In this document: piece after piece, positions 8,319 through 18,085 of the stretch
Layout of the letters: each line of letters starts with the position of its first letter
Position numbering within the stretch: position 1 is the first letter of the stretch
Source: an uncultured bacterium
GTDB lineage: Bacteria; Chloroflexota; UBA5177; JANWHV01
DNA: 64,000 nt
Assembly (NCBI GenBank): GCA_963729625.1
Contig: CAVSOU010000010.1
Coordinates: 320,001 to 384,000 of the forward strand
Reading direction: 5' to 3'
Program-made: the position numbers and the translations under genes
The notes under the pieces: generated by a model
What the model was told of the DNA's origin: nothing
Databases searched by the model: none
What the model saw: the letters and a program-made list of their open reading frames with translations, nothing else

Positions 8319-10837
8319 GTGTTTGAGCACTGGAAGCTTCGAGATTTCGCGCCCGGCGAGGGTCGCGCGGCAGGCGCGCACACAGAACCACTTGACATGA
8401 ATGGGTGGCTACCGGTCGACGTGCCTGGCGATGTTCACACGGCGCTCATCGCGGCCGGAAGGATCCCGCACCCGTTCCTTGATCGCAATGAGCTGGAGTG
8501 CCGCTGGATCGAGGATAGAGAATGGTGGTACCGCGTCAATTTTGATGGGCCGGCAGAGCCTCTGCATGCCGACGAGAGATTGATTCTGGTGTTCGACGGT
8601 CTTGATACGTTCGCCACCATCTGGCTTAACGGCGTCGAACTGGGCACGAGCGCGAACATGTTTCGAGAAGCACGCTTCGACGTAACGCCGGGACTGCGGA
8701 TGGGGACAACGAATACCTTGGCGCTGTGCTTTGACCGACCGCTCGACCATGCCGGCGACGTGATCGCATTGCCAGACTCCGCCTGGATGCCCCCGCGCGT
8801 GGCGATGCGCAAAGCCCAGTTTGGCTACGGTTGGGATTGGGGGCCTAGGCTTCCCACAGTGGGAATCTGGAGGCCAGTGCATCTGCGCCGGCAGCGGGGC
8901 GCCGTGATTTCGGGCGTCGACTTCTGCACATGTGCCATCGATCAGACGTCAGGCCACGCCCTGGTCTCGGTAGTGGTCGAGGCCGAGCAGTTCAACGCGG
9001 GCGGGCCCTGCAGTGCCGTCATCACGCTGGGCGCCGCAACTGGTGCCCGACCGATTGCCGAGCAGACAATCACCCTGAGCGGTGCGGGGACCTCACTGCA
9101 CGGAACCGCCTACATGCGCGTGGAGAGCCCACGACTGTGGTGGACGCACGATCTCGGAGATCCAGCCCTGTATTGCCTCGAAGTGTGCTTGATGTGCCAG
9201 GAAGCTACCCTCGATCGTGTTGTCCGACAGGTGGGCATCCGCACGCTGACCCTGGATCAGTCACCGGACCAGGAGGAGCCCGGTACGCGGTTCTTCCGTT
9301 TTGTGCTCAACGGTGTGTCCATCTTCGCACGCGGCACGAACTGGATCCCAGCGGACTCCTTCGTGGGGGCGATCGGCCCGGACCGCTACAGGCGGCTGCT
9401 CACGCTTGCGCGGGACGGGAACAACACCATGCTCCGCGTGTGGGGCGGCGGCATCTACGAGCACGATGCCTTCTACGACGAGTGCGACCGTCTCGGCATG
9501 CTGGTGTGGCAGGACTTCATGTTTGCGTGCGCTGCCTATCCGGAAGACGACGCCATGGCGCACGAGGTCGATGCCGAGGCCCGCTACCAGATCCGACGTC
9601 TGCGCACGCATCCCTCGCTAGCGCTGTGGTGCGGCAACAATGAGAATCAGTGGATCCACGGCATGCGGCACTGGCAACAGCCGGACCTGCCGACGCCCGG
9701 AGACCTCTACTACGGCACGGTGCTCCCGAGAGCAGTGGCTGAGCTCGACGGGCATACTGCGTACTGGCCGGGCAGCCCATTCGGCGGAAGCGACCACAAC
9801 AGCATGGATGACGGTGACCGCCACAACTGGGATGTCTGGCACGGTCAGCGACCGCGGCGATTCGGGGAGCAGCCGCCAGGCGATCACACGCCGGAGGGAG
9901 TGAGCTATCTCAACTACGCCTGGGATATGGGCCGCTTCATCAGCGAGTTTGGCATGCACGCCGCGCCGGTCTACGAGACCTTGCGCCGGAATATCCCCGC
10001 CGATCAGCTCTTCCACCACAGCCCAGCCATGGACCACCACAACAAGGACAACCCCAAGGACAAGGGTGACAACCTGATGATGGCTACAACCGGCCTGCCA
10101 CGCGACCTGGGGGAGTACATCGACTTCAGCATGATGGCCCAGGCCGAGGGACTGAAATTCGGGGTCGAGCACTATCGGCGGAGGTTCCCGCACTGTGCCG
10201 GCAGCCTGGTCTGGCAGCTCAACGATTGCTGGCCTGTCCTCAGCTGGTCGGTCGTCGATTACTACGGATTCGGAAAGGCCGGCTACTACTACCTCAAGCG
10301 GGCATACGCTCCGATCATCGCCACTTTCAAGGTGTTGGACGACGGAGGCGTCCAATTGTGGATCACGAATAACAGCCTGTCGCCTGCCGAAGACACGATC
10401 GCTGTCCGGCATGGCGCGTTTGCCGGTGAGACCGACTGGGAGCGAAGCCTGACAATAGCTGTGCCCTCAGCCGCCAGCCGCGTCGTACAGCAGTGGCATG
10501 CCGGTGAGCTTCATGGCGTCGCCCGATCGGTATATGGCCGTATTCTCGCGCTCGGACCTATTTCCGAGTAACCGGATCCTCTTCGCCGCGCTCAAAGACC
10601 TGGACCGGCCGGCCGGCGCCGTAGAGGTGGTGACGACGGCGATAAGTTCCCATACAGTGCAGGTTCGTCTAGCGGCCGCCAGCTACGCACACTTCGTGCA
10701 CCTCATCCTGCCGATCGAGACGGTGACGTTCAGCGACAACTACTTTGATCTTCGTCCCGGCGAGGATGCGTACGGTAACCCTCCAGGACGAGACACACAG
10801 CATCGACCCGGCAATGCTCAGCGTACGCTGGCGGTAA
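8319..10837 (+). CDS. Beta-mannosidase-like GH2 glycoside hydrolase with two +1 frameshifts near the 3' end
   Basis: RKAQFGYGWDWGP, NMLRVWGGG-like, WCGNNE, FISEFG, WQLNDCWP. The typical C-terminal FSDNYFDL.PGE lies in the next frame (10498-10896), and a third frame ends RTVTLQ...VRWR* at 10837. Confidence 0.88.
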
Positions 10838-10882
10838 GAGCAGACTGCTCCGATTTGCCCGCACCTGAATCGCTGTTTACCT

Positions 10883-11995
10883 CTACAGCGCAGTGAAATC
10901 CGGTAGGTAGACCCTCTCGCCGTCCCGCATCGCCGACTCGTGCGCGCAGATGCCCGTACAGGTCCAATTGGCGGCGGTCACGGCATCAACCCGGGGTTGG
11001 CGGTCCTCGACAATAGCCATCACAAACTCATGCGCCAGGTGTGGATGCGAGCCGCCGTGGCCGCTGCCCTGCTTGAACGAGAGGTGAGTTTCCGCGCCTT
11101 CGTAGAGGCTGTGTGTGGTATATTGCCGAATTCCCTCGGGCAGCCGGTCTGCATAGTCCGGTACGTCGATCGGTTCCGCTTCCTCGTCGCGGAACAGTAT
11201 AGGTCTCCCGTTCGCCGATCGCTGCCACTCAAACGACAACCGACTGCCGTAGACGTCGAAGCTCTCGATATACTGCCGCGCAGTCTCGAACAGCGACCGC
11301 GTGACCTCGGCGGCGAGCCTGTGGTCCTTCAGGCGAATCAGGACGCTCTCTACCGCAAATGGTGACCCGTACTTGATTGCGAGATCATCTCTGATGCGAC
11401 CGGAGCCCAGGCATACGACGCTTTCCGCTGACGCACCTGCCAGCGACAGCAACGGAGCGACCGCGTGTGTCGCGTAGTGCATCGGTGGGAAGCCTTCCCA
11501 ATAGCCCGGCCAGGCTGCCATCTCTTGCATGTGCGACCCGCGCAGGAACTGAATGGCACCAAGGTCACCGCACTCAGCGAGTTCCTTGACGTACAGAAAC
11601 TCCCGCGTATAGACGGAGGTCTCCATCATCATGTACTTCTTCCCTGAGCCCCGCTGCGCGGATACAATCGCGCGGCAAGCTTCGGCTGTGAGACCCATAG
11701 GAACCGTGCAAGCAGTATGTTTGCCGGCGCGAAGGGACATGACCGACTGTTCGGCGTGCATGGCGACAGGCGTATTGATGTGTACGGCGTCAATTGTCGG
11801 GTCCCCGACCATCTGCCGGAAATCGGTGTAGCGCGTGGTGACGCCGAACTTCTCGCCGCACCGGTCGAGTGCGACGCGATCTCTCTGGCAGATCGCCGCC
11901 ACTTCAGCATACGGGTGATGCTGGTAAATAGGGATAAACTCCGCTCCGAATCCAAGTCCGACCAGCCCGACACGGACCTTTTGCGGTTGTTTCAT
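10883..11995 (-). CDS. Gfo/Idh/MocA family oxidoreductase
   Basis: VGLVGLGFG Rossmann start, DAVHINTP, C-terminal GHGGSHPHL. Confidence 0.9.
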   Translation of the reverse strand: MKQPQKVRVGLVGLGFGAEFIPIYQHHPYAEVAAICQRDRVALDRCGEKFGVTTRYTDFRQMVGDPTIDAVHINTPVAMHAEQSVMSLRAGKHTACTVPMGLTAEACRAIVSAQRGSGKKYMMMETSVYTREFLYVKELAECGDLGAIQFLRGSHMQEMAAWPGYWEGFPPMHYATHAVAPLLSLAGASAESVVCLGSGRIRDDLAIKYGSPFAVESVLIRLKDHRLAAEVTRSLFETARQYIESFDVYGSRLSFEWQRSANGRPILFRDEEAEPIDVPDYADRLPEGIRQYTTHSLYEGAETHLSFKQGSGHGGSHPHLAHEFVMAIVEDRQPRVDAVTAANWTCTGICAHESAMRDGERVYLPDFTAL

Positions 11996-12118
11996 GCTCG
12001 TACGACCTCCGTCCTCTACTGCCGTTCACTGGACAACAGCTGCTGTCACAGATGCGCGCCGTCTCGCGAAGTGACAGCCTTCACCCGCACGATCGGCATC
12101 TCCACGGTCCTGTCCAAG

Positions 12119-13018
12119 CTAGTCGACGGTTGCGATCACCGACTTCAGAAAAGGAATCGCCGCGCGGGCATCCGGTTCGGTGGTCGGGCAAAAACAGAAA
12201 TCGACGCACCACCAGTCCAAAGGTTCCAGGATTGCTTTCATGGCCGTCAGCACGGAATGGAAGTCAATACGTCCCTGCCCGAATGGAGTATGGGTGCTGG
12301 TTTCGTCATTGTGCAACGAGCCGTCGGAATCGATCAGGTGGAAATGCCCAATGTATCTTGCCAGCATTCGTGCGTATTCCGCGACGCCCCCGCTGAGCGT
12401 TTCTACCTGGCCCGACTGTCGCGCGCCGGCCACGGCTCCCATGTACGCGTGACTCGTATCAAACAGCAGCTTGAAGCTGGGATGGTCGACTGCCTCGACC
12501 ACACGTTTCACCTCGCTGGGCTTGTTCAGCCAGAAGCCTGGCTCAAATTCCCAAACCAGCAGCACGTCCGATTGCTTGCAAAGCTCGGCCGCGGCACGCC
12601 AAACTACCACGAGACGGTCGAGGCGCTTCCCGTAAGTGTTCTCGTCAAGCGCGGCGGGTGCGCTAACGGTGTCCACCCGCAAGATATGGATGTCCATGTT
12701 GTTGCAGAAGGCAATGCTCTTTTCCAACTCATTCAGGTAGTCGCCTCTTTCCGCAAGAGCCGGGGGCACGGCACGGAAATCGGGCGCATAGCCGGAGATG
12801 CCCAGTCCGAGGTCAGTAATCTCCCGTCGTAGCTGGTCGCATTTGGCCGGCGTGTCGTAAACGTCAGGGTGCGGATGCGGGTCGAAGCCGTTGATCTCGA
12901 CACCATCGTAGCCTGCATCCGCCGCATACCGGACAAACCGCGAAAAGGACCAGGGATGCTCCTCGAATGGACCGAAAGAAAAGGCCCAGCTACCAAGAGA
13001 GATTTTGGGAATCCTCAT
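12119..13018 (-). CDS. Sugar phosphate isomerase/epimerase (xylose isomerase-like TIM barrel)
   Basis: GYDGVEI, WEFEP, LFDTSH, HFHLIDSDG, PFGQG; AAGGAG RBS before ATG 13018. Confidence 0.85.
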   Translation of the reverse strand: MRIPKISLGSWAFSFGPFEEHPWSFSRFVRYAADAGYDGVEINGFDPHPHPDVYDTPAKCDQLRREITDLGLGISGYAPDFRAVPPALAERGDYLNELEKSIAFCNNMDIHILRVDTVSAPAALDENTYGKRLDRLVVVWRAAAELCKQSDVLLVWEFEPGFWLNKPSEVKRVVEAVDHPSFKLLFDTSHAYMGAVAGARQSGQVETLSGGVAEYARMLARYIGHFHLIDSDGSLHNDETSTHTPFGQGRIDFHSVLTAMKAILEPLDWWCVDFCFCPTTEPDARAAIPFLKSVIATVD

Positions 13019-13043
13019 CGGTTGCTCCTTCATCGCCGGAGGA

Positions 13044-13892
13044 TTATTGCGTCAATTGCCTCAGAAATGCGAGCCCAGCGCGAGCAAGTTCGTCCTGCGA
13101 TGGCGCGAATGTCCGCCAGACGGCCGCTGCGCGCGCAATCGTCTCAATCTGGCTTGTGAACGACTCGATGACCAGCGGTCCATGATAGTCGATCTGCCGA
13201 AGCGCCTGCACGACCTCTACCCAGTTGATGTGTCCCGTTCCCGGTGCTCCCCGATCGTTCTCGCACGCATGCACGTGTGCCAGGCGGGGCCCCGCCATGA
13301 GGATCGCGCTGCCCAACGATCGTTCTTCGATGTTCATATGGAAGGTGTCGAGCAGGATCCTGCAGGCTGGACTGTCCACGCGGTCGACAATCTCAACCGC
13401 CTGCGATGTCAGATTGACAAAACTGGTCTCGAACCGGTTCAGGGGCTCCAGGCAGATTACGGCGCCTTTATCGCGCGCATAGGCTGAGAGTTTGGTAAGC
13501 TGACCGGTGAGCAGGGCCATGTCCCTCGCGCGTTCATCGGTCGTTTGCTGCCATAGGCGACCGACTGCCGAGTACAATGGTCCCACCACGTTCCTACCGC
13601 CCAGCGTGCGCACTGCATCGATACAGTGTCGAACGTAGGCCATGCAGTTGTCACGAATTGCTTTGTCCTCGTGGATCAGGTCGCGATCCGCTCCTATCGC
13701 CATGCAGACGCTGCAATCCAGGCCATATTCACGAATAACTGCCGCCGCACGCGCGTAGTCAAGATCCTCAAGGCCATCGATCGGCACTTCGATCAAGTCA
13801 TAGCCCATCCGTGCGACATTAGGCACAAGGGCCACAAAACCGTCCGTTGTGACCGGGGCAATCCATACCCAGGCGCTGATGCCAATCTTCAT
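13044..13892 (-). CDS. D-psicose/D-tagatose 3-epimerase family protein
   Basis: Metal/catalytic motifs EPLNRFE, LDTFHMNIEE, HVHACENDRG, IESF; GGGAGG RBS. Confidence 0.88.
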   Translation of the reverse strand: MKIGISAWVWIAPVTTDGFVALVPNVARMGYDLIEVPIDGLEDLDYARAAAVIREYGLDCSVCMAIGADRDLIHEDKAIRDNCMAYVRHCIDAVRTLGGRNVVGPLYSAVGRLWQQTTDERARDMALLTGQLTKLSAYARDKGAVICLEPLNRFETSFVNLTSQAVEIVDRVDSPACRILLDTFHMNIEERSLGSAILMAGPRLAHVHACENDRGAPGTGHINWVEVVQALRQIDYHGPLVIESFTSQIETIARAAAVWRTFAPSQDELARAGLAFLRQLTQ

Positions 13893-14293
13893 GCGAACCT
13901 CCCGACTCGGCGAATCACTCCGCCGGCCTGACAAATGAGACGGCAACATCGTAGGCCTTGCCCAGCGGAGAGTACACAGTCTTGTCTCGCGTCTCGACGG
14001 TCATGTGCCTCTGGCCCAGGGCTGCAATATCACCGTAGCGCACGCCCCGGTCACCTGTGTCATGGCATCGTGGACCTGGTCGACGGGGACGGTCGCACAC
14101 TGTGTTCGATTGTAGCCCGGACGGCGAGGCGCCGATAAGTGTTCATCTATTCGCCAGGCACTCGGGTCGACCTGCACGCTATCGGCAGTCACCAGGAGCG
14201 CTATTCGCACAGGTGCGCGGATCTTCCTCCCGGAAAGGCTACTGCGGTTCTTCACCTCGTGTGCAACACTGTAAGGGTTCGGAAGGAAGGAGC

Positions 14294-15346
14294 ATGCTTC
14301 GCCAGATTGACATCGCCCCTCAGCACATCTCCATTGCCGCGCCGTTGCCCCTGGTCTTTGACCTTCTTGCCCAGGCAGCAGCAGGATGGCTGGTCGAATT
14401 GCGGGGCGGACCACTTGACGACGTCCGTGCCCCGCGTGAGACAGGCGCAATTTCCGCGCGTGTCGCGGCTCGGGATCAACTGACACCGATCAGACGGATT
14501 GAGCTCCACCCCCCCAGGCGCCAAGTTGCGCTTCACGTGGGAGGACCCTACAGCGGTGCGCGTGAAGTCGCGCTGTTGCAATCGCAGGGGCCAAGCACTG
14601 GCGTTGTCCTGTACGCGCGGTTGCCTACGGAGCGCGAGAGCGCGGACCAGTTTCTCAAGCGAGCCTTTGAACAATCGGCACGGGAACACCTCAAAGCGAT
14701 AAAGGCTGCCGCGGAAGCACAGGCTCGCGAGTTCCAGCTGGAAGATGAGGCCGGACGACCCTCGATGCACGGGTTGAGCGCCCTGACCGAACTGCAGCTC
14801 CTCCAGGCCGTCGGCGAGCAGGAGGAGGAGGAATACGGGCATCGCGGTCACGGGCGCGGAGTGGAGCGCGTGGCCAGCAGCCTTGCCGAGATCATCGAGT
14901 TGTCTCCCGGCGACTTGGAGGCGCTGCAGCGCGCTGCGCTGCTGCACGACGTGGGGAAAGTCGGGCTTCCACGTGCCCTCTGGGGGGCGCCCCGGACGCT
15001 GAGCGCGGATGAGCGCCGCAAGATGGCCGGGCATGTGCAGGTCGGCGCCGAGCTTGCCGCGCAGGCGGCTCTTCCCGACTTTGTAGCAACAACAATTCTT
15101 CATCACCACGAATGTTGGGACGGAACAGGGTACCCGGGCCGGCTGGTGGGTAAGGCAATCCCGCTGCACGCCAGGATTCTCGCAATCGCGGAGAGTGTCG
15201 ACACGATGCTGCGTGTCACCTATCGGCGCGCTGCGCTCCAGACAGCGGATGCAGTTGCGAGGCTTGAGGCCGATGCTGGCCATCGCTGGGATCCGTCGCT
15301 CGTTCGAGCGGTAAGCAGTATCCTGCGGGGCAAGCGCCCAGACTGA
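14294..15346 (+). CDS. SRPBCC/START-like domain fused to an HD-GYP domain
   Basis: AAGGAG RBS; N-terminal ISIAAPLPLVFDLL...HLKAIKAAAE; C-terminal LLHDVGK and HHHECWDGTGYP. Confidence 0.8.
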   Translation: MLRQIDIAPQHISIAAPLPLVFDLLAQAAAGWLVELRGGPLDDVRAPRETGAISARVAARDQLTPIRRIELHPPRRQVALHVGGPYSGAREVALLQSQGPSTGVVLYARLPTERESADQFLKRAFEQSAREHLKAIKAAAEAQAREFQLEDEAGRPSMHGLSALTELQLLQAVGEQEEEEYGHRGHGRGVERVASSLAEIIELSPGDLEALQRAALLHDVGKVGLPRALWGAPRTLSADERRKMAGHVQVGAELAAQAALPDFVATTILHHHECWDGTGYPGRLVGKAIPLHARILAIAESVDTMLRVTYRRAALQTADAVARLEADAGHRWDPSLVRAVSSILRGKRPD

Positions 15347-15477
15347 ACGGCGGCCGACAATCCATAGCCTCGCTTGTCAGCCTCCGACGACGGGCCTCCC
15401 GCTCTATGTGCGTTCTTCATTTCCCACTTCAAGGTGGGCCCGCCCCTCGCTTGCTGTCTCTTTCTTTGCGCTGGGTC

Positions 15478-15539
15478 TTGACACCGAGCCGCGGTTGGCT
15501 CAAACTCATAAGCGAAGATTGAATAAACCGATCTTTATT
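15478..15539 (+). promoter_or_regulatory. Promoter and candidate ArsR operator
   Basis: TTGACA (15478-83), 17 nt, CAAACT; downstream inverted repeat AATAAA-ccgatc-TTTATT (15522-15539). Confidence 0.55.
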
Positions 15540-15562
15540 GGTTTGGCGGGGCAGAGGGTTCT

Positions 15563-15916
15563 ATGCGAGACTTGCGTGAACTTCGCGGATACTTTCGAGC
15601 ACTTGCCGACGTGCGCCGGCTGCGCATAGTCGGCGAGCTTTCGCACACACCCGAGATTACGGTCAAGGACCTTTGTGGCAGGCTGCGCGCGAGCCAACCG
15701 CTCATCTCGTGGCACCTGCGCGTGCTCGTGCGCTGCGGACTGGTGCGAACGCGACGCCAGGGTCGTCAAGTGTTCTGTGCCCTGAACCGGCCGGCATTCC
15801 ACGCTTACGAAGAACGTCTGGCTCGCGTGCTTGACGACGTCTCGATGGATGATGTTTCGCCCATGCGCGATGATTCTTCAGTCATGCTGCCGCAACATCC
15901 TCCGCTGGGCGCGTGA
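15563..15916 (+). CDS. ArsR/SmtB family transcriptional regulator
   Basis: FRALADVRRLRI...SQPLISWHLRVLVRCGLVRTRRQG. Confidence 0.92.
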   Translation: MRDLRELRGYFRALADVRRLRIVGELSHTPEITVKDLCGRLRASQPLISWHLRVLVRCGLVRTRRQGRQVFCALNRPAFHAYEERLARVLDDVSMDDVSPMRDDSSVMLPQHPPLGA

Positions 15917-16002
15917 GTAGAGCAGGAGAGATATCCGTGACCATTCAACTGACGACACAGCGTCCGACTCACGCTGGGTCGACCGTCATGGGTGGCTGAC
16001 AT

Positions 16003-17052
16003 ATGCTTACCTATCGTATCTTTGTTTTTCTACGCCTCCTGGCTCGAAGGCTCCCGCGTCCGGTGCTTGGACGTGCCGGCGCATTCGTGAGCTATCTGGT
16101 CTTCCAGGCCATGCCAGAGAAGCGCGCGAACGTCGAGCGCAATCTCATGGTCGTGCTCAGTGGGTCAATTGCAAGCCCTGCGCCCGAGGTGAGGCGAAGA
16201 GTGAGACAGCTCGCCCGCAAATCAATGGCAAGCTACGGCCGGGTGCTGGCCGACTTCATGGCGTTCGAGCCGCTGCTTCCCGGCGCGGCGCGCGACACGG
16301 AGTTGACTCCTGGCTTCGACCAAGTCGAGAGCCTGATCGCAAGCGGGCGCGGCGCGGTATTCGCCACGCCACATTTTGGCCATTGGGACATGGCTGGGGC
16401 CGTGCTTGCTCGCAGATTTCCAGGGAAGATTGCGGCAATCGCTGAGCGCTTTGAGAATCCCCAGATAGACGACATGGTCGTACGACAGCGAGAGGGCTGC
16501 GGCCTCGAGATCGTTCGTATGGAAAACGTCAGACAGATGACGCGCGTGCTGCGCGAGGGCCGAGTGCTAGGAATCCTGGCCGACCGCCCTGTAGCTGGGG
16601 ACGAGGGCGTGCAGGTGCGTTTCTTTGGCAAAGAGACCAGGCTGCCCGCAGGGGTGGCGACTCTCGCCCTGCTGGCGCGCTGCCCAATAATGGTGGGATC
16701 GCTGCATCGCCGCGCCGACGGTCACTTCGAAGGGTTTGTGCTGCCGCCGATCGAACCTGTGCGAACAGGCGATCGGGCTCATGACGTTTCTTCAACAATG
16801 CAACTGGTCGCCGAGCAGCTCGAGACAGTAATACGGCGTTGTCCGCATCAGTGGTACATGTTCCGGAACATGTGGCCTGAGGCCCTCAACCGAATACACT
16901 CTCGATCCGTGGTTCGTGAATGGCGCGTAGCCTGGGTCCCTGCGGTGCTCGGTTCAATTGCTCTTGCCAACGCGATTCGCGTTCGCCGTCCGAGCGCAGG
17001 GGAAACGCCAGAGCCTCGACTCGGTTTCGCGATGCAGGAGACAGCGCCATGA
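16003..17052 (+). CDS. Lipid acyltransferase (PatA/LpxL-like), copy 1
   Basis: HX4D motif PHFGHWD, ILADR, FFGK, PHQWYMF. Confidence 0.88.
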   Translation: MLTYRIFVFLRLLARRLPRPVLGRAGAFVSYLVFQAMPEKRANVERNLMVVLSGSIASPAPEVRRRVRQLARKSMASYGRVLADFMAFEPLLPGAARDTELTPGFDQVESLIASGRGAVFATPHFGHWDMAGAVLARRFPGKIAAIAERFENPQIDDMVVRQREGCGLEIVRMENVRQMTRVLREGRVLGILADRPVAGDEGVQVRFFGKETRLPAGVATLALLARCPIMVGSLHRRADGHFEGFVLPPIEPVRTGDRAHDVSSTMQLVAEQLETVIRRCPHQWYMFRNMWPEALNRIHSRSVVREWRVAWVPAVLGSIALANAIRVRRPSAGETPEPRLGFAMQETAP

Positions 17053-18085
17053 AGCCCGATTGGTTCAGCGCGTGCGGAGTCGTACGGTAATGTCCCTGAA
17101 GCTTGGCGCCCACAATATGGCCACGAAGGTCGTGTCCTCGCTGCCTCGTGGACTCGCTTACCAGCTGGCGCGTTGGATCGGCGCGGCATTTGCCCTGCTG
17201 CCGACGTACAGGCGGCGCGCGCTCGCGAGCAATATCGCAGTCGCACGCGGGTTGCCGGTAAGCGATCGTCAGGTTCGACGCGATGTGCGCAGGGCTTTCC
17301 AGCACGCGATGCTGAACTACGTGGACCTTTTCGGCCTTGATCGCTACGACTCGCCGGAGCTCATCGACAAGATCGTGGTTGAAGACTGGTGTCCGTACTT
17401 GCGCGCAGAGGAGAAAGGCAAAGGCGTCGTTCTGTTCAGTGCCCACCTCGGAAACTATGATACGGTGGTCCAGAAGCTGGCGCTTCTTGGACGAAGCGTG
17501 CTCATTCCAGTGGAGAACATCCAACCGCCGGACCTCCTTGATGCCTTCCGCAAGCGTCGGGCGCTGATGGGAATGGACATCGCCGCGATTGGACCCGACA
17601 CCTTCAAACACATGGCCGCGTGCGTCCGTTCCGGCGGGACAGTAGTGATTGTGTGTGATCGAGACATACAGGGAACAGGCGTGCCCGTCACATTCTTTGG
17701 CCGGGGTGTCAATCTCCCCCAGGCTGCCGTACTGTTAGCAATTCGGACCGGCGCGCCCCTCCTAGGAGCGTTTGGCTATCGCTTTGACGACAATAGCATC
17801 GGTGGGCGTTTCACAGCCGAAATTGATTTTGGAAGCGGTCGCGCCGCGAAGCGTTCGATGGCCCTTCGCGATGCGGTGGCATTTGGCATGAGGGAGATTG
17901 TCGCGGTACTCGAACGCGAGATACGGCGTGATCCTGGCCAGTGGGTAGTGCAACAACCGCTGTTTGCACCGGAGTCCGATGCGAGCCGTCGATCGACCTT
18001 CACTTCCGCAGTAGATCGGTGTGCAGCCGCGATGCGGCAACACAGTCGGTATGCGCGCCGGCGGCCAGGAGGAGAGACCGCATGA
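17049..18085 (+). CDS. Lipid acyltransferase (PatA/LpxL-like), copy 2; start ambiguous
   Basis: SAHLGNYD, VCDRDI, FFGR, PGQW. The RBS-preceded ATG at 17049 is out of frame by one base; in-frame alternatives are TTG 17060 and ATG 17090. Confidence 0.85.

Noticed and set aside
13900-14290. c-di-GMP riboswitch or small ORF (14139-14483) upstream of the HD-GYP gene
   Set aside because: No GEMM-like GCAAA/GNRA pattern; the ORF overlaps the real gene out of frame and lacks an RBS.
16003-18085. Lipid A late acyltransferases (LpxL/LpxM) implying LPS
   Set aside because: Same family, but the neighbours are pimA- and pgsA-like and no lpx/kdt genes are in the window.
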